This document shows, in pieces, positions 18,406-28,272 of a DNA stretch of 64,000 nucleotides; the stretch's first letter is position 1, and every line of letters begins with the position of its first letter. The translations under genes and the position numbers were made by a program. The notes beneath the pieces are model-generated. The model ran no database searches, was not told where the DNA came from, and was given only the letters and a program-made list of their open reading frames with translations. This DNA comes from Spirochaetia bacterium (GTDB lineage: Bacteria > Spirochaetota > Spirochaetia > DSM-2461), in contig OY764216.1 of the NCBI GenBank assembly GCA_963668315.1, forward strand, positions 5,152,001 through 5,216,000, given 5' to 3'.

Positions 18406-19813
18406 CCAGCACTCCGGCCGCCAGGAAAAACAGAGCCGTGAGAATTTTTACCGTTCCCAGTCTTTCCCTGAACCAGTCACCCAGCTTCTCCGAAGTGAGA
18501 CCGCGGTAGGCCAGCAGAAAAACCACGGCCAGGGGCAGTATGAACGCGAGGTTATAGAGAAGAAGCAGAAGGATGCCGTTCCCTTCTCCCTTTCTGATCA
18601 TGAGATAGAGGGTGGGCAGGTAGATCTGCCCCGTACAGCCCAGTTCATAAATGGTCACGAAAAATCCCATGCCGCACGCCCCCAATACGGGTAGAGCCGA
18701 TCTCACGCCCCCTCGGACAGACCGGTGGACAGCCTTCTTCATCCGGGGGGAAAGTTGCAGAGTCATATCGGAAGTATTTCCCTTTCTTACCCGGGACCAG
18801 TCCCTCAGGCTCAAAAGGCCGAGGAAAAGAAGCACCGAAGCACCGCCCCACTTCAAAAAGGCGGAAATCCAGGGATAGCCCATGGATTTCTTCAGAAACA
18901 GAAAGGCCCCGGCTCCCACCGCCGTGTAGGTGATGAAAACGGTCAGTGTAAAGGATAAACCGACCGCCAGAATCTCCCGCCGGTCCCTTTTTCTGAGTCC
19001 CAGATAGGCCAGCAGAAAAATGAGAGTACTGAAGGCGCAGGGATTGATTCCATCAAGCAGACCGGCGCCTCCTACGAGAACCCATAGGGGGGCGGCCACG
19101 GCGGCAGTGGAGACCTGCTCGGTGCCCGGCTGATATTCTCCCTTCAGAACCGCCTCTAGGGAGTCGCGTATCTGACTGTCACCGGCCAGGATAAAATCAC
19201 CCGTATCGAGTATGGGAAGGGCGTCGGTCTGAATCCCCGCCTGGTCGAGCCGCTCCCGGAGTCTTGCCATTCCCTCTTCTTCGTAGATGTTCACCCTTTC
19301 CAGCCCGATAGAAAGGCCGGTTTCCTCTTCAAACCGGGGAATTTCCCTCTCCAGAAACTCCCGGCAGTCCCGGCAGGAGGGGGAAAAATAGTAAACAAAC
19401 CGGCGGTCATGGTCTTCACCGTCGGGTTCTATCTGGCCGGCCAGGAAATCCCGGGGGGAATATATCATGAAACGCTCCTGAGCCGTCCCCCCCCGGGGCA
19501 GTATGACCACGGGAAAGATTCTTTCTCCCTCCGGGGGGATATCTCCCTTCCAGAAAAAGGCGGCCCGTCTTGTTTCGTTACCCCCGAGAGTCAGAACGGC
19601 CGGTTCGGCACTCATCTCGGGACGGGACAGGATAAAGCGGAGGGTGATCTCTTTGCCGGACAGATTCTCGATTTCCACGCTGATTCCTTCGGTAAAAAAA
19701 GGGGAATTCTCCTCATCGGCCAGTTCCCATTTATCGGGGATGAACCGGATATCCTGCCCTGCCAGGCAGAAAAGAGAAAAGAGAAAAATCAGCGGAAGAG
19801 AGAGACGTTTCAT
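18392..19813 (-). CDS. Thioredoxin-like domain fused to a CcdA/DsbD-type membrane domain
   Basis: Signal peptide, FSPSCRDC, GLLDGINPCAF and ELGCTGQIY motifs, six or more TM helices. Confidence 0.85.
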   Translation of the reverse strand: MKRLSLPLIFLFSLFCLAGQDIRFIPDKWELADEENSPFFTEGISVEIENLSGKEITLRFILSRPEMSAEPAVLTLGGNETRRAAFFWKGDIPPEGERIFPVVILPRGGTAQERFMIYSPRDFLAGQIEPDGEDHDRRFVYYFSPSCRDCREFLEREIPRFEEETGLSIGLERVNIYEEEGMARLRERLDQAGIQTDALPILDTGDFILAGDSQIRDSLEAVLKGEYQPGTEQVSTAAVAAPLWVLVGGAGLLDGINPCAFSTLIFLLAYLGLRKRDRREILAVGLSFTLTVFITYTAVGAGAFLFLKKSMGYPWISAFLKWGGASVLLFLGLLSLRDWSRVRKGNTSDMTLQLSPRMKKAVHRSVRGGVRSALPVLGACGMGFFVTIYELGCTGQIYLPTLYLMIRKGEGNGILLLLLYNLAFILPLAVVFLLAYRGLTSEKLGDWFRERLGTVKILTALFFLAAGVLVILL

Positions 19814-19875
19814 CGGAGACAGTATATCAGGGAAGAATCTCCTTGGCCAGAAAGGTGAAAAAAAAATGAAACCCC

Positions 19876-19920
19876 TTGACAGTTTTTTGTATTCGATATA
19901 AATTTGTAATCGTTACAAAT
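19876..19920 (+). promoter_or_regulatory. rbr promoter overlapped by a PerR/Fur-type box
   Basis: TTGACA (19876-81), 17 nt, TAAATT; palindrome ATTTGTAA-TCG-TTACAAAT at 19902-19920. Confidence 0.8.
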
Positions 19921-19957
19921 AATCACGATAAAAAATTATTCCAAGGAGAAACAAATT

Positions 19958-20503
19958 ATGAAATGGGTATGCTCTGTATGCGGTTATGTCTACGAAGGTC
20001 CTGAACCTCCCGAAAAATGTCCCCAGTGCGGTGCGGACAAAAGCAAGTTCACCAAATCGGAAGGAATCGACGGTATTGTATGGGCCGACGCTCATAAGAT
20101 CGGCGTAGCTCAGGGTCTTGATGAAGAAGTAGTCAAAGGCTTACAGGAAAATTTCATGGGCGAATGTACCGAAGTCGGTATGTACCTCGCTATGAGCAGA
20201 CAGGCTGACAGGGAAGGATATCCCGAAGTCGCCGAAGCTTACAAAAGAATCGCCTTCGAGGAAGCCGATCACGCATCCCGTTTTGCAGAACTTCTCGGTG
20301 AGGTTGTCTTTGCCGATACAAAGAAAAACCTTGAACTGCGCGTAGAAGCCGAAAAGGGAGCGACCGAAGGCAAACTGGCCATCGCGAAAAGAGCCAAAGA
20401 ACTCGGTTACGATGCCATACATGACACGGTTCATGAAATGTGCAAAGACGAAGCCAGACACGGTTCAGCCTTCCTGGGACTTCTGAAAAGATACTTCGCC
20501 TAA
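19958..20503 (+). CDS. rbr: Reverse rubrerythrin (NADH peroxidase)
   Basis: N-terminal rubredoxin CSVC/CPQC, then di-iron EEADH and DEARH motifs. Confidence 0.95.
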   Translation: MKWVCSVCGYVYEGPEPPEKCPQCGADKSKFTKSEGIDGIVWADAHKIGVAQGLDEEVVKGLQENFMGECTEVGMYLAMSRQADREGYPEVAEAYKRIAFEEADHASRFAELLGEVVFADTKKNLELRVEAEKGATEGKLAIAKRAKELGYDAIHDTVHEMCKDEARHGSAFLGLLKRYFA

Positions 20504-20561
20504 TTAAGCGAACGGAGGCAAGGGGGAGTTTTCCTTTAAGGGGACTCCCCCGAATCTGCTT

Positions 20562-20984
20562 ATGACAGAAGAAAAAAACCTTCTAGAAAAATCCGGCATA
20601 AGGCCGACACAGCAAAGACTGGCTGTTTACCACTATTTGCGAACTCACAAAAATCATCCCACCGTGGAAACGATTTACTCACAATTGCATCCCCAGATGC
20701 CCACTCTTTCCAAAACAACCCTCTATAACACTCTGAAACTCCTTTCTCAGAATCATCTCGCCCTCTCCCTGACAATCGACGGAGACGAAGTGCGCTTTGA
20801 CGGAGATACAAGGGACCACGGCCACTGCAAATGCCGTCTGTGCGGAGAAGTATTCGATTTCCCCCTTCGCGGAGGAGAAGCCGGCATACTGCCCGTCGGA
20901 TTCACCGCTGAAAATACCCATGTGTATGTCTGGGGAATTTGCGACGGCTGCAGGAAGAATCAGGACAGCTCCGCCAAATCGTGA
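20562..20984 (+). CDS. perR: Fur-family regulator, PerR-like
   Basis: TQQR, HPT, TLYNTL, HGHCKCRLC, GICDGC; follows rbr. Confidence 0.85.
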   Translation: MTEEKNLLEKSGIRPTQQRLAVYHYLRTHKNHPTVETIYSQLHPQMPTLSKTTLYNTLKLLSQNHLALSLTIDGDEVRFDGDTRDHGHCKCRLCGEVFDFPLRGGEAGILPVGFTAENTHVYVWGICDGCRKNQDSSAKS

Positions 20985-21035
20985 TATACTCAGGCAAGGC
21001 AGCTCCGGCTGTCATTCCCCCTGAGGAGACCGGAT

Positions 21036-21521
21036 TTGATCGGATCGGCAGAAGCAAAAGAACTCATAAAATCGATTTTAAATGACGACAGAAGATACGC
21101 CCATTCCCTGGAAGTGGCGTCTAAAATGGCATCTTTGGCCCGGTATTGGAAGGAATCGGAAGAGCTCTGGTATCTGACGGGCCTTCTCCATGACATTGAT
21201 TTGCCGGAGACCATCGACTGCCTGGAAAAACACGGCCTTCTGGCCGCGGAAAAACTGCAGGGGCTCTTACCGGAAGAGGGAATCCGGGCAATTATGGCCC
21301 ATGACTTCCGAACGGAGCCGGTACCGGATACAATACTGGCCCGCTCCCTTGTCTTTGCCGATATGCTGGAAATCATGGAACATACCGCCGGGAAAGAATC
21401 CGTCCAGCTCTGCCGTGAAAGAGGAGCCTGGGAGAGTCTCCTTCAGACCTTCCCGGGCAAGGATTTCCACATCGGGACAATCAGGGATTATTACGAAAAA
21501 CACAGAGCCGTTCCCGTCTGA
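21036..21521 (+). CDS. HD-domain protein
   Basis: HSLEVA...GLLHDID...H...AH...AD; TTG start with GAGGAG RBS. Confidence 0.85.
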   Translation: MIGSAEAKELIKSILNDDRRYAHSLEVASKMASLARYWKESEELWYLTGLLHDIDLPETIDCLEKHGLLAAEKLQGLLPEEGIRAIMAHDFRTEPVPDTILARSLVFADMLEIMEHTAGKESVQLCRERGAWESLLQTFPGKDFHIGTIRDYYEKHRAVPV

Positions 21522-21618
21522 GGATAATATTCGTGACCTTTCGTGAAACCTATGGCCGAATTGGTTGAATCATGGTAAAATGCCTTAAAAAAATGAGAGC
21601 AAATAAGGGGTATTCACT

Positions 21619-22422
21619 ATGATCGGCTTTATAGGTACGGGAAACATGGGTTCGGCTATGATCGGCGGTATTATCAAGAGCGGGCTCCGCCCCGCCTCGG
21701 AAATTCTTGTCAGCGACGCGTCCACAGAGGCTTTGCAGAAGGTAAAAGACGCTTTTCCCGGCATTGGCACCACCACCGATAATAAGGAAGTCGTCAGCAA
21801 GGCGGACATTTTTGTTCTTTCCGTCAAACCCCATATATACGAGCCGGTTCTCAAGGAAACGGCCGATTCCATTCCCGAGGGAACACTCATCGTCACCATC
21901 GCGGCGGGAGTTACCCTGGACAGGATGACTCAATGGCTTGGCAAGGGACGGAAGATCGTTCGCACCATGCCCAATACCCCGGCCCTGGTGGGCGAAGGAA
22001 TGACGGCGCTCTGCCCCAATGCCAACGTCACAGAGGATGAACTGAACAAAGTAAAGGAGATCTTCTCCTCCTTCGGAAAATGTGAAATTCTGCCCGAAAG
22101 CCAGATAAACGGCTTTACATCCCTCTGCGGCTCCAGCCCCGCCTGGGTATTCATGCTCATTGAAGCCATGGCGGACGGAGCGGTTCTCGAAGGGATTCCC
22201 CGGGCAAAAGCCTACCCCATGGCAGCCCAGGCCGTTCTGGGTTCGGCCAAAATGGTACTGGATACGGGCCGACATCCGGGAGACCTCAAGGATATGGTCT
22301 GCTCTCCCGGCGGTACGACCATAGAAGCTGTTTCCGAACTGGAGAGCCATGGTTTCCGTTCCGCCCTTATCGAAGCCGTCAGAGTGTGCACGAATAAGGC
22401 CGACTTCCTGGCAGGGGACTGA
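21619..22422 (+). CDS. proC: Pyrroline-5-carboxylate reductase
   Basis: GFIGTGNMG, VKP, RTMPNTP, GSSPA, SPGGTT. Confidence 0.97.
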   Translation: MIGFIGTGNMGSAMIGGIIKSGLRPASEILVSDASTEALQKVKDAFPGIGTTTDNKEVVSKADIFVLSVKPHIYEPVLKETADSIPEGTLIVTIAAGVTLDRMTQWLGKGRKIVRTMPNTPALVGEGMTALCPNANVTEDELNKVKEIFSSFGKCEILPESQINGFTSLCGSSPAWVFMLIEAMADGAVLEGIPRAKAYPMAAQAVLGSAKMVLDTGRHPGDLKDMVCSPGGTTIEAVSELESHGFRSALIEAVRVCTNKADFLAGD

Positions 22423-22423
22423 G

Positions 22424-24694
22424 ATGAAGCATCGAGACAGCCGTAAAATCGACCTCATCTGCAGCATAGCGGAACTTTCCAGTCTGTTTCATGGCGAGAA
22501 GGGAACGAAGCGTTTTCTCATAAAAGTTGTGAAAACCGTATCCCGCCACATGAAATCGGATGTCTGTTCCATCTATCTCTATGAGGAAGCCCGAAAACAG
22601 CTCAACCTTGTCGCCACGGAAGGATTGAACCGGGAATTGACAGACCACCTTGCCCTCAAACTGGGCGAAGGTCTCGTCGGTACGGCTATGAAAGAGATGC
22701 GCACCATCCTCGAAGCGGACGGAACCCTCCATCCCCGCTTCAAGAAAATAGACAACAGCTTCGAAGAGAATTTCAAAGCCTTTCTTGCCGTTCCCATCAC
22801 GAGGGGGCTGAACCGTATCGGGGTTCTTGTGCTCCAGCACAGCCACAAGGGGTATTTTGACAGCACCGATGCCCGTGCCCTGGAAGCTATCGCGGGTCAG
22901 CTGGCCGCTACCCTGGAAAATGCCCGGCTTCTGATGGATATTTCGCGCAAGGAAAAGCAGAATATCATTTTGAAAGAGACGGAGAGCCGTTTTTTCAAGG
23001 GTAAAAAAGTTGTGGAAGGCGTCGCTCTGGGGCAGATCTGCTATATGGATGACAGCCATAAAGCCGGCTCCCTTTCCGAGGAGGATCAGAAATTCTACAG
23101 AGACGGCCCCGAAGCCTTTGAAGAAGCCCTCAAGACAGCCGAACAGCAGCTCCTGACCCTGCAGGAACGGATGGATGAAGAGCTTTCCGACATCGCGTCC
23201 ATGATCTTCTCGGCCCACCTCCTTATGCTTCAGGACGAAGCATTCTCCGGGCAGATGGCCAAGCAGATAGAAGAGGGAACCCCGGCCTGCCTCGCCGTGG
23301 AGAGCGTTGTGAACAGCTATGTGGAAATCTTCTCGTCCAGCGACAACAGCCGGCTCCAGGAGAAAGTACAGGACGTAAGAGACCTGGGACACAGACTTCT
23401 CAGAAATCTCTCCCTCCGGGAACAGCCCGCGGGCAACTACCGGAACCAGATAATCATAGCCGGAGAACTCCTCCCCTCGGAACTGTTAAAACTGACGGCC
23501 CAGAAGGCGGAAGGCATCGTACTCATGGGAGGCGGGGCCTCGGCCCATATTTCCATACTGGCGAAATCTCTCGGCGTTCCCCTCATCTATATGGAAGACG
23601 AGGACGTTCTCAAACTTCCCGAAAACACCGAGACTATTCTTGACGCCAATCAGGGCAACCTGATCGTCCTGCCCGATGATGAGACGAAAGACCATTATGA
23701 GAAGGTTTCCCAGACAGCCCGTGAGATAAAAAAACTGGGAGAAACGGTAAAAGAACAGACCCATACGGCCGACGGAGAAAGAGTCTATCTTCGCGCCGCC
23801 GTCAATCTGCTCAACGACGTAAAAGCCGCCCGGGAGCTGAAAGCGGAGGGAGTGGGCCTTTACAGAAGTGAATTCCCCTTTCTTATCCGGAGTGATTTTC
23901 CTTCGGAAGAGGAACAGTACCGGGTCTATAAGCAGGTATTCGAAGGGATGGAAGGCAATCCGGTAACCCTGCGGACCCTGGACGTGGGGGGCGACAAGAT
24001 CCTCTCCTATATGCCGGAAAACCAGGGGGACAATCCCTTTCTGGGCCTCAGAGCCATCCGTTTTTTACTGCAGAACAAGAAGGTGTTCGTCGGGCAGCTG
24101 AAAGCCATGCTGCGGGCCGGCGAAGGCCACGACCTGCGCATCATGTTTCCCCTGATCTCTTCGGTGGACGACTACAGAGCCGCCGTGCGAATGGTAAAGA
24201 AGAGCATGGAGTTCCTGGACAGGGACGGCATGACATATAACAGGAATCCCAAGCTGGGCATCATGGTGGAGCTGCCCTCGGCGGTTATGCTGATCGACCA
24301 GCTGACGGCCGAATCGGATTTTCTCTCCATCGGCACCAATGACCTGGTTCAGTACCTCTTAGGAGTGGACAGGACAAACTCCAGCGTCGCCTCATTCTAT
24401 CAGGGCGAACATCCGGCGGTTCTGAAAGCCATTAAGACGATTGTGGAAGGGGCGGTTAAAAATAACTGCACCTATTCTGTCTGCGGGAACCTGACCAACG
24501 ATAAAAACCTCATCTATTTCTTTCTGGGGGTAGGAATCAAATCCTTCAGTATCGAACCGCACCGTATTCCCGTACTTCAGGAGTTCATCGCCAAGGTTGA
24601 CCTGAAAAAGGCCGAGAGGGATTGTGAAAAGATCCTCAGCCTCTCCACGGTGGAAGAGGTGAAGGATTATATGGCCGGGGCGATACCCGACTAG
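22424..24694 (+). CDS. ptsP: GAF-containing PEP-protein phosphotransferase (EI-Ntr type)
   Basis: N-terminal GAF domain, phospho-His in ASAH, GLYRSEF, RTLDVGGDK, NPFLGLR, SIGTNDL. Confidence 0.93.
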   Translation: MKHRDSRKIDLICSIAELSSLFHGEKGTKRFLIKVVKTVSRHMKSDVCSIYLYEEARKQLNLVATEGLNRELTDHLALKLGEGLVGTAMKEMRTILEADGTLHPRFKKIDNSFEENFKAFLAVPITRGLNRIGVLVLQHSHKGYFDSTDARALEAIAGQLAATLENARLLMDISRKEKQNIILKETESRFFKGKKVVEGVALGQICYMDDSHKAGSLSEEDQKFYRDGPEAFEEALKTAEQQLLTLQERMDEELSDIASMIFSAHLLMLQDEAFSGQMAKQIEEGTPACLAVESVVNSYVEIFSSSDNSRLQEKVQDVRDLGHRLLRNLSLREQPAGNYRNQIIIAGELLPSELLKLTAQKAEGIVLMGGGASAHISILAKSLGVPLIYMEDEDVLKLPENTETILDANQGNLIVLPDDETKDHYEKVSQTAREIKKLGETVKEQTHTADGERVYLRAAVNLLNDVKAARELKAEGVGLYRSEFPFLIRSDFPSEEEQYRVYKQVFEGMEGNPVTLRTLDVGGDKILSYMPENQGDNPFLGLRAIRFLLQNKKVFVGQLKAMLRAGEGHDLRIMFPLISSVDDYRAAVRMVKKSMEFLDRDGMTYNRNPKLGIMVELPSAVMLIDQLTAESDFLSIGTNDLVQYLLGVDRTNSSVASFYQGEHPAVLKAIKTIVEGAVKNNCTYSVCGNLTNDKNLIYFFLGVGIKSFSIEPHRIPVLQEFIAKVDLKKAERDCEKILSLSTVEEVKDYMAGAIPD

Positions 24695-25185
24695 AATACG
24701 TACCGGACGCCCAGGCTGACCGGTATGCCCCAGGGATTGTCGCTGTCCCCCAGATTGATGGCCAGTCCCGATTCCAGATAGAGATTCAGACTGAAATCGA
24801 AGGTATACTCCATTCGGGCTTTGCCCCCCAGGCTGAGAACCGTATCATGGGGTCCGAGCGCCACATTGACGAAGGGCCCGACGGTAACGGGAAAGATTTC
24901 TGTCCCTATTTCCACATCGATGAGGGAGAACATGGCGCTTCCGCCGAGACAGAAGGCGTTGTAGTTCAGAGATCCGAGAAAAAGATCAGCTTCCAGACTC
25001 CGGGATACCTGCCATCCCCCTACCAGACCGAATTCGGGATAGCCGAGGGAAACACCCAGCTTGAGTTTATCCTTTCCCGCCTCGTTGAGATCCAGGACTT
25101 TCACATCCTTCTCTTCACTCTGCGCAAATAACGAAGCTCCAGCTAAAATCAGCAACACTGCCATTATGGTAAAATGTCTTTTCAT
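24691..25185 (-). CDS. Small exported beta-barrel-like outer-membrane protein
   Basis: Signal peptide, LGVSLGYP, alternating beta strands, C-terminal GVRYVF ending in Phe. Confidence 0.65.
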   Translation of the reverse strand: MKRHFTIMAVLLILAGASLFAQSEEKDVKVLDLNEAGKDKLKLGVSLGYPEFGLVGGWQVSRSLEADLFLGSLNYNAFCLGGSAMFSLIDVEIGTEIFPVTVGPFVNVALGPHDTVLSLGGKARMEYTFDFSLNLYLESGLAINLGDSDNPWGIPVSLGVRYVF

Positions 25186-25228
25186 GGATTAACTCTACTT
25201 CTCTTTTTCGTAAATTGCAACTGTCTTT

Positions 25229-26515
25229 TTAAAGCTGTTTCAGGTAATCCGTGCGGGTAACGATCCCCACAACTTTTCCGTCGGAGACGACCGGAACATG
25301 GCCGACATTATAATCGAGGAACAGCCTTTCCAGATCGCGCAGGCTTGTTTCGGGATTTGCCGTATAGAGCTTATGGGTCATATAGCCCCTGACGGATGCC
25401 TTCATCTGCCCGGAGACGCGGGCCTTGCTGATATCCCTCAGGGTGATAAATCCCACCAGCTGCCCTTCGCTGTCGACGACGGGAACGCCCGTATGATCTA
25501 TCTCCTCCAAAAACAGGGAAGACTCCAGAACGGAGTAACTGTCGGGGATAACCATGACATCCCGCGTCATGATGTCCGCCACACTGTGGGCCGGAACAAG
25601 GATTTCCTTCAAATGGAGCCGCAGAGTATTAACGAAATCAAACTCCACCAGCTCCTTGAGCGTTGCGGACGCCGCCCCGGAATGGCCGCCGCCTCCCCAG
25701 TTCTTCATGATCTCCGCCATATCGATGGCATCATGCTGACTCCTTCCTATGATCAAAGTCCGGTTCCTCTTTTCCATGGAGAAAACGGCGAACATGGCAT
25801 CGGCATTCTCCACTTCGAAGACCTTCTGCACCACCTCGGAAAGGCCGCCGACCTGATCCTCCAGATGAATATGGCAGAAGAGCATGGAATAGCCGTGTAT
25901 GTTCCTGAAACTGATACTGTTGAGAACCTGGTGGAAAATATCAATCTGGACATCCTGATGCCAGACCTTGAGGAACTGCTTCACCATCTTGATGCTGGCT
26001 CCCTGGTTCATCAGCCAGCGGGCGGCTTCGAAATCACGGGAGGTGACATTTTCATGGGTGAAACTGCCCGTATCGGAGAAAATCCCCGTCAGGGCGATGG
26101 TCGCGGCATCATGGGGAACGGAGATATCCCGTTTCATGAGCTCTTCGGCCACAAGGGTCGTATTGGAGCCGTAGGGGGCCTCGTGAAGAACGGCTCCGGG
26201 TATGTCGCACTCGTTGCCGATATGGTGATCAAACACCTCGACATCGGCATTGAAAGGCTTTATATAATCCATGTATTCCCGGATTTTTCCCACATTGCGC
26301 GTGTCGAAAACCACCATTTTCTCCACGTCCTCCCCTTTCAGCTCCCGGGAGGGCATAAAGCCCAGATGATCATTATAAAGGGAGTACAGCCCCTTGGCCA
26401 TGGGATGGATCAGACGGCTTTTCACCGGTATATACCGGGGATACAGATAGCGCGCCAGAGCGAGCGAACCGAAACAGTCCAGATCCATATTGGCATGACC
26501 CACCAGAATTTTCAC
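25229..26515 (-). CDS. DHH/DHHA1 phosphoesterase with a C-terminal CBS pair
   Basis: GHANMDLD, DHH, SDTG, GGGGH..AASA, two CBS repeats; GTG start overlaps the mazG stop. Confidence 0.9.
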   Translation of the reverse strand: MKILVGHANMDLDCFGSLALARYLYPRYIPVKSRLIHPMAKGLYSLYNDHLGFMPSRELKGEDVEKMVVFDTRNVGKIREYMDYIKPFNADVEVFDHHIGNECDIPGAVLHEAPYGSNTTLVAEELMKRDISVPHDAATIALTGIFSDTGSFTHENVTSRDFEAARWLMNQGASIKMVKQFLKVWHQDVQIDIFHQVLNSISFRNIHGYSMLFCHIHLEDQVGGLSEVVQKVFEVENADAMFAVFSMEKRNRTLIIGRSQHDAIDMAEIMKNWGGGGHSGAASATLKELVEFDFVNTLRLHLKEILVPAHSVADIMTRDVMVIPDSYSVLESSLFLEEIDHTGVPVVDSEGQLVGFITLRDISKARVSGQMKASVRGYMTHKLYTANPETSLRDLERLFLDYNVGHVPVVSDGKVVGIVTRTDYLKQL

Positions 26516-27294
26516 CGGCAGGATTCCTTCTCTTTGGCCTTGTCCCAAAGGGCATCGAGCTCTTCCAGAGTACAGCTGTGCATATCTCGTCCCTCTTTCC
26601 GGGCGGTTCTCTCCACCTCCCGGAAACGCCTTTCGAATTTTGAAGTGGCCATGCGCAGGGAGTCCTCCGCGTCAAAGTCCATCTTACGGGAAAGATTTAC
26701 CAGGGAGAAAAGGATATCACCGAATTCCTCCATGGCCGCCTGCCGGTCATTCTTATCAATTTCCCGGGAGAACTCTTCTATCTCCTCATGTATCTTCTGG
26801 ATGGGTCCTTCCGTATCGGGCCAGTCAAAACCGACGCGGGCGGCTTTTTTCTGGATTTTGGAAGCCCTGTACAGACCGGGGAGACTCAGGGGGATGCCGT
26901 CCAGAATCGATTCAAGGTCTTTTTTATCCTTTTCCTCTTTCTTGATAGCTTCCCAGTTCTTAAGGACCTCACCCGTACCGCTGACTTCGGCATCGCCGAA
27001 GACATGGGGATGGCGGCGGATCATCTTGGCGGAAAGATGGTCAATGACATCCTCTATGGTAAAGGTCCCCTTCTCCTTTCCAATCTGGGCGTGAAGAAGT
27101 ACCTGAAGCAGAAGATCGCCCAGTTCATCGGCAATTCTCTCCGGATTCCCGCCGTCCACAGCTTCGGCCACCTCATGGGCTTCCTCTATGGCATAGGGCT
27201 TGAGAGACTCATGGGTCTGCTCCCGGTCCCAGGGACACCCCTCGGGAGAACGCAGTCTGGCGATTATATCTAAGAGCTCATTGAATTTATCCAT
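26512..27294 (-). CDS. mazG: Nucleoside triphosphate pyrophosphohydrolase
   Basis: GCPWDREQT, EEAHE, ELGDLL, RRHPHVF, EEFGD, KFERRF. Confidence 0.96.
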   Translation of the reverse strand: MDKFNELLDIIARLRSPEGCPWDREQTHESLKPYAIEEAHEVAEAVDGGNPERIADELGDLLLQVLLHAQIGKEKGTFTIEDVIDHLSAKMIRRHPHVFGDAEVSGTGEVLKNWEAIKKEEKDKKDLESILDGIPLSLPGLYRASKIQKKAARVGFDWPDTEGPIQKIHEEIEEFSREIDKNDRQAAMEEFGDILFSLVNLSRKMDFDAEDSLRMATSKFERRFREVERTARKEGRDMHSCTLEELDALWDKAKEKESCR

Positions 27295-27299
27295 ATGTA

Positions 27300-28244
27300 T
27301 TATATATCATACTCATCCATGAGATGATAGACCTTATCAAGGGAACAGGCCAAACCTTTTCTTCTGAAGAGCTCTATGGTTTCATCGGTGATCTGCCGCC
27401 CTTCGTCAACCCGTCCCTGGGCGAAGAGGAATTTGATGTATCCCAGGGGAATATCCTCGGTAAAATAGGTATCCCCGTTATTCTCGTAGGCTAATCTGTA
27501 ATATTCATCGGCTTTGGCGGTATCCCCTTTTCTTTCATAAACCATGGCATAGTTGTAATGAAGGGGAGGATACATGTATTCGATATGCTTATCGCGGGTA
27601 TAGGAGAGGGCGGAATCCAGAAAATCCACCGCCTTTTCATACTGTCCCAGGAGAATGTAGAGATAAGCGAGATTGTCCATGATTTTCAGAGCGGGAAAGG
27701 GGTTTTTCTCCGGGTTGATTATGGCGAAAGCCTCGAGCAGAAGGGATTCTCCCTTCCGGTATTCCCCGTTTTTCAGGTGGTAGCCGGACAGATTGTTGAG
27801 CATCTGGCAGATAAAATCGTCATCCCTCAGACGCCGGGCCAGCTCGAGGGACTTCTCGAAATACTCAATCGCCAGATCGTCATCCCCTGTAAAATGGTAA
27901 TAGAGGCCGTGGGCATGATAAAAGTACATATGGTCCCGGGAATTAATATACCTGGTCCAGTCGATCTGGGAGGCCTTTTCCAGATAGGACTTCCCCAGAG
28001 GGTAGTAGGAATTCATGAGATAGTAGAAGGCCAGATGTATATAGAGTGAAAAAAGGCCCTTCTCATAATTCTCCTGTCGACAGAGGGGCAGCGTTTTCTT
28101 GATCCAATGCTCCACATCCTCGGAGAGAGTGGAGCGTACATCAACGATAAAAACTATAATCCGGTCTATTTTTTCCCGGTTATCCTGCAATCTGTCCAGT
28201 TCATTAATCAGTTTCCGTTCATGAGACAGATAATATTCATCCAT
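27300..28244 (-). CDS. Tetratricopeptide-repeat protein
   Basis: Repeated TPR helices (AIEYFEKSLELA, NNLS, GQYEKAVDFL). Confidence 0.8.
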   Translation of the reverse strand: MDEYYLSHERKLINELDRLQDNREKIDRIIVFIVDVRSTLSEDVEHWIKKTLPLCRQENYEKGLFSLYIHLAFYYLMNSYYPLGKSYLEKASQIDWTRYINSRDHMYFYHAHGLYYHFTGDDDLAIEYFEKSLELARRLRDDDFICQMLNNLSGYHLKNGEYRKGESLLLEAFAIINPEKNPFPALKIMDNLAYLYILLGQYEKAVDFLDSALSYTRDKHIEYMYPPLHYNYAMVYERKGDTAKADEYYRLAYENNGDTYFTEDIPLGYIKFLFAQGRVDEGRQITDETIELFRRKGLACSLDKVYHLMDEYDI

Positions 28245-28272
28245 AAGAAATAATATAGTCCTAAAAGGTTTA

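Noticed and set aside
25298..27094. 598-aa plus-strand ORF
   Set aside because: Antisense to the DHH-CBS gene and mazG.
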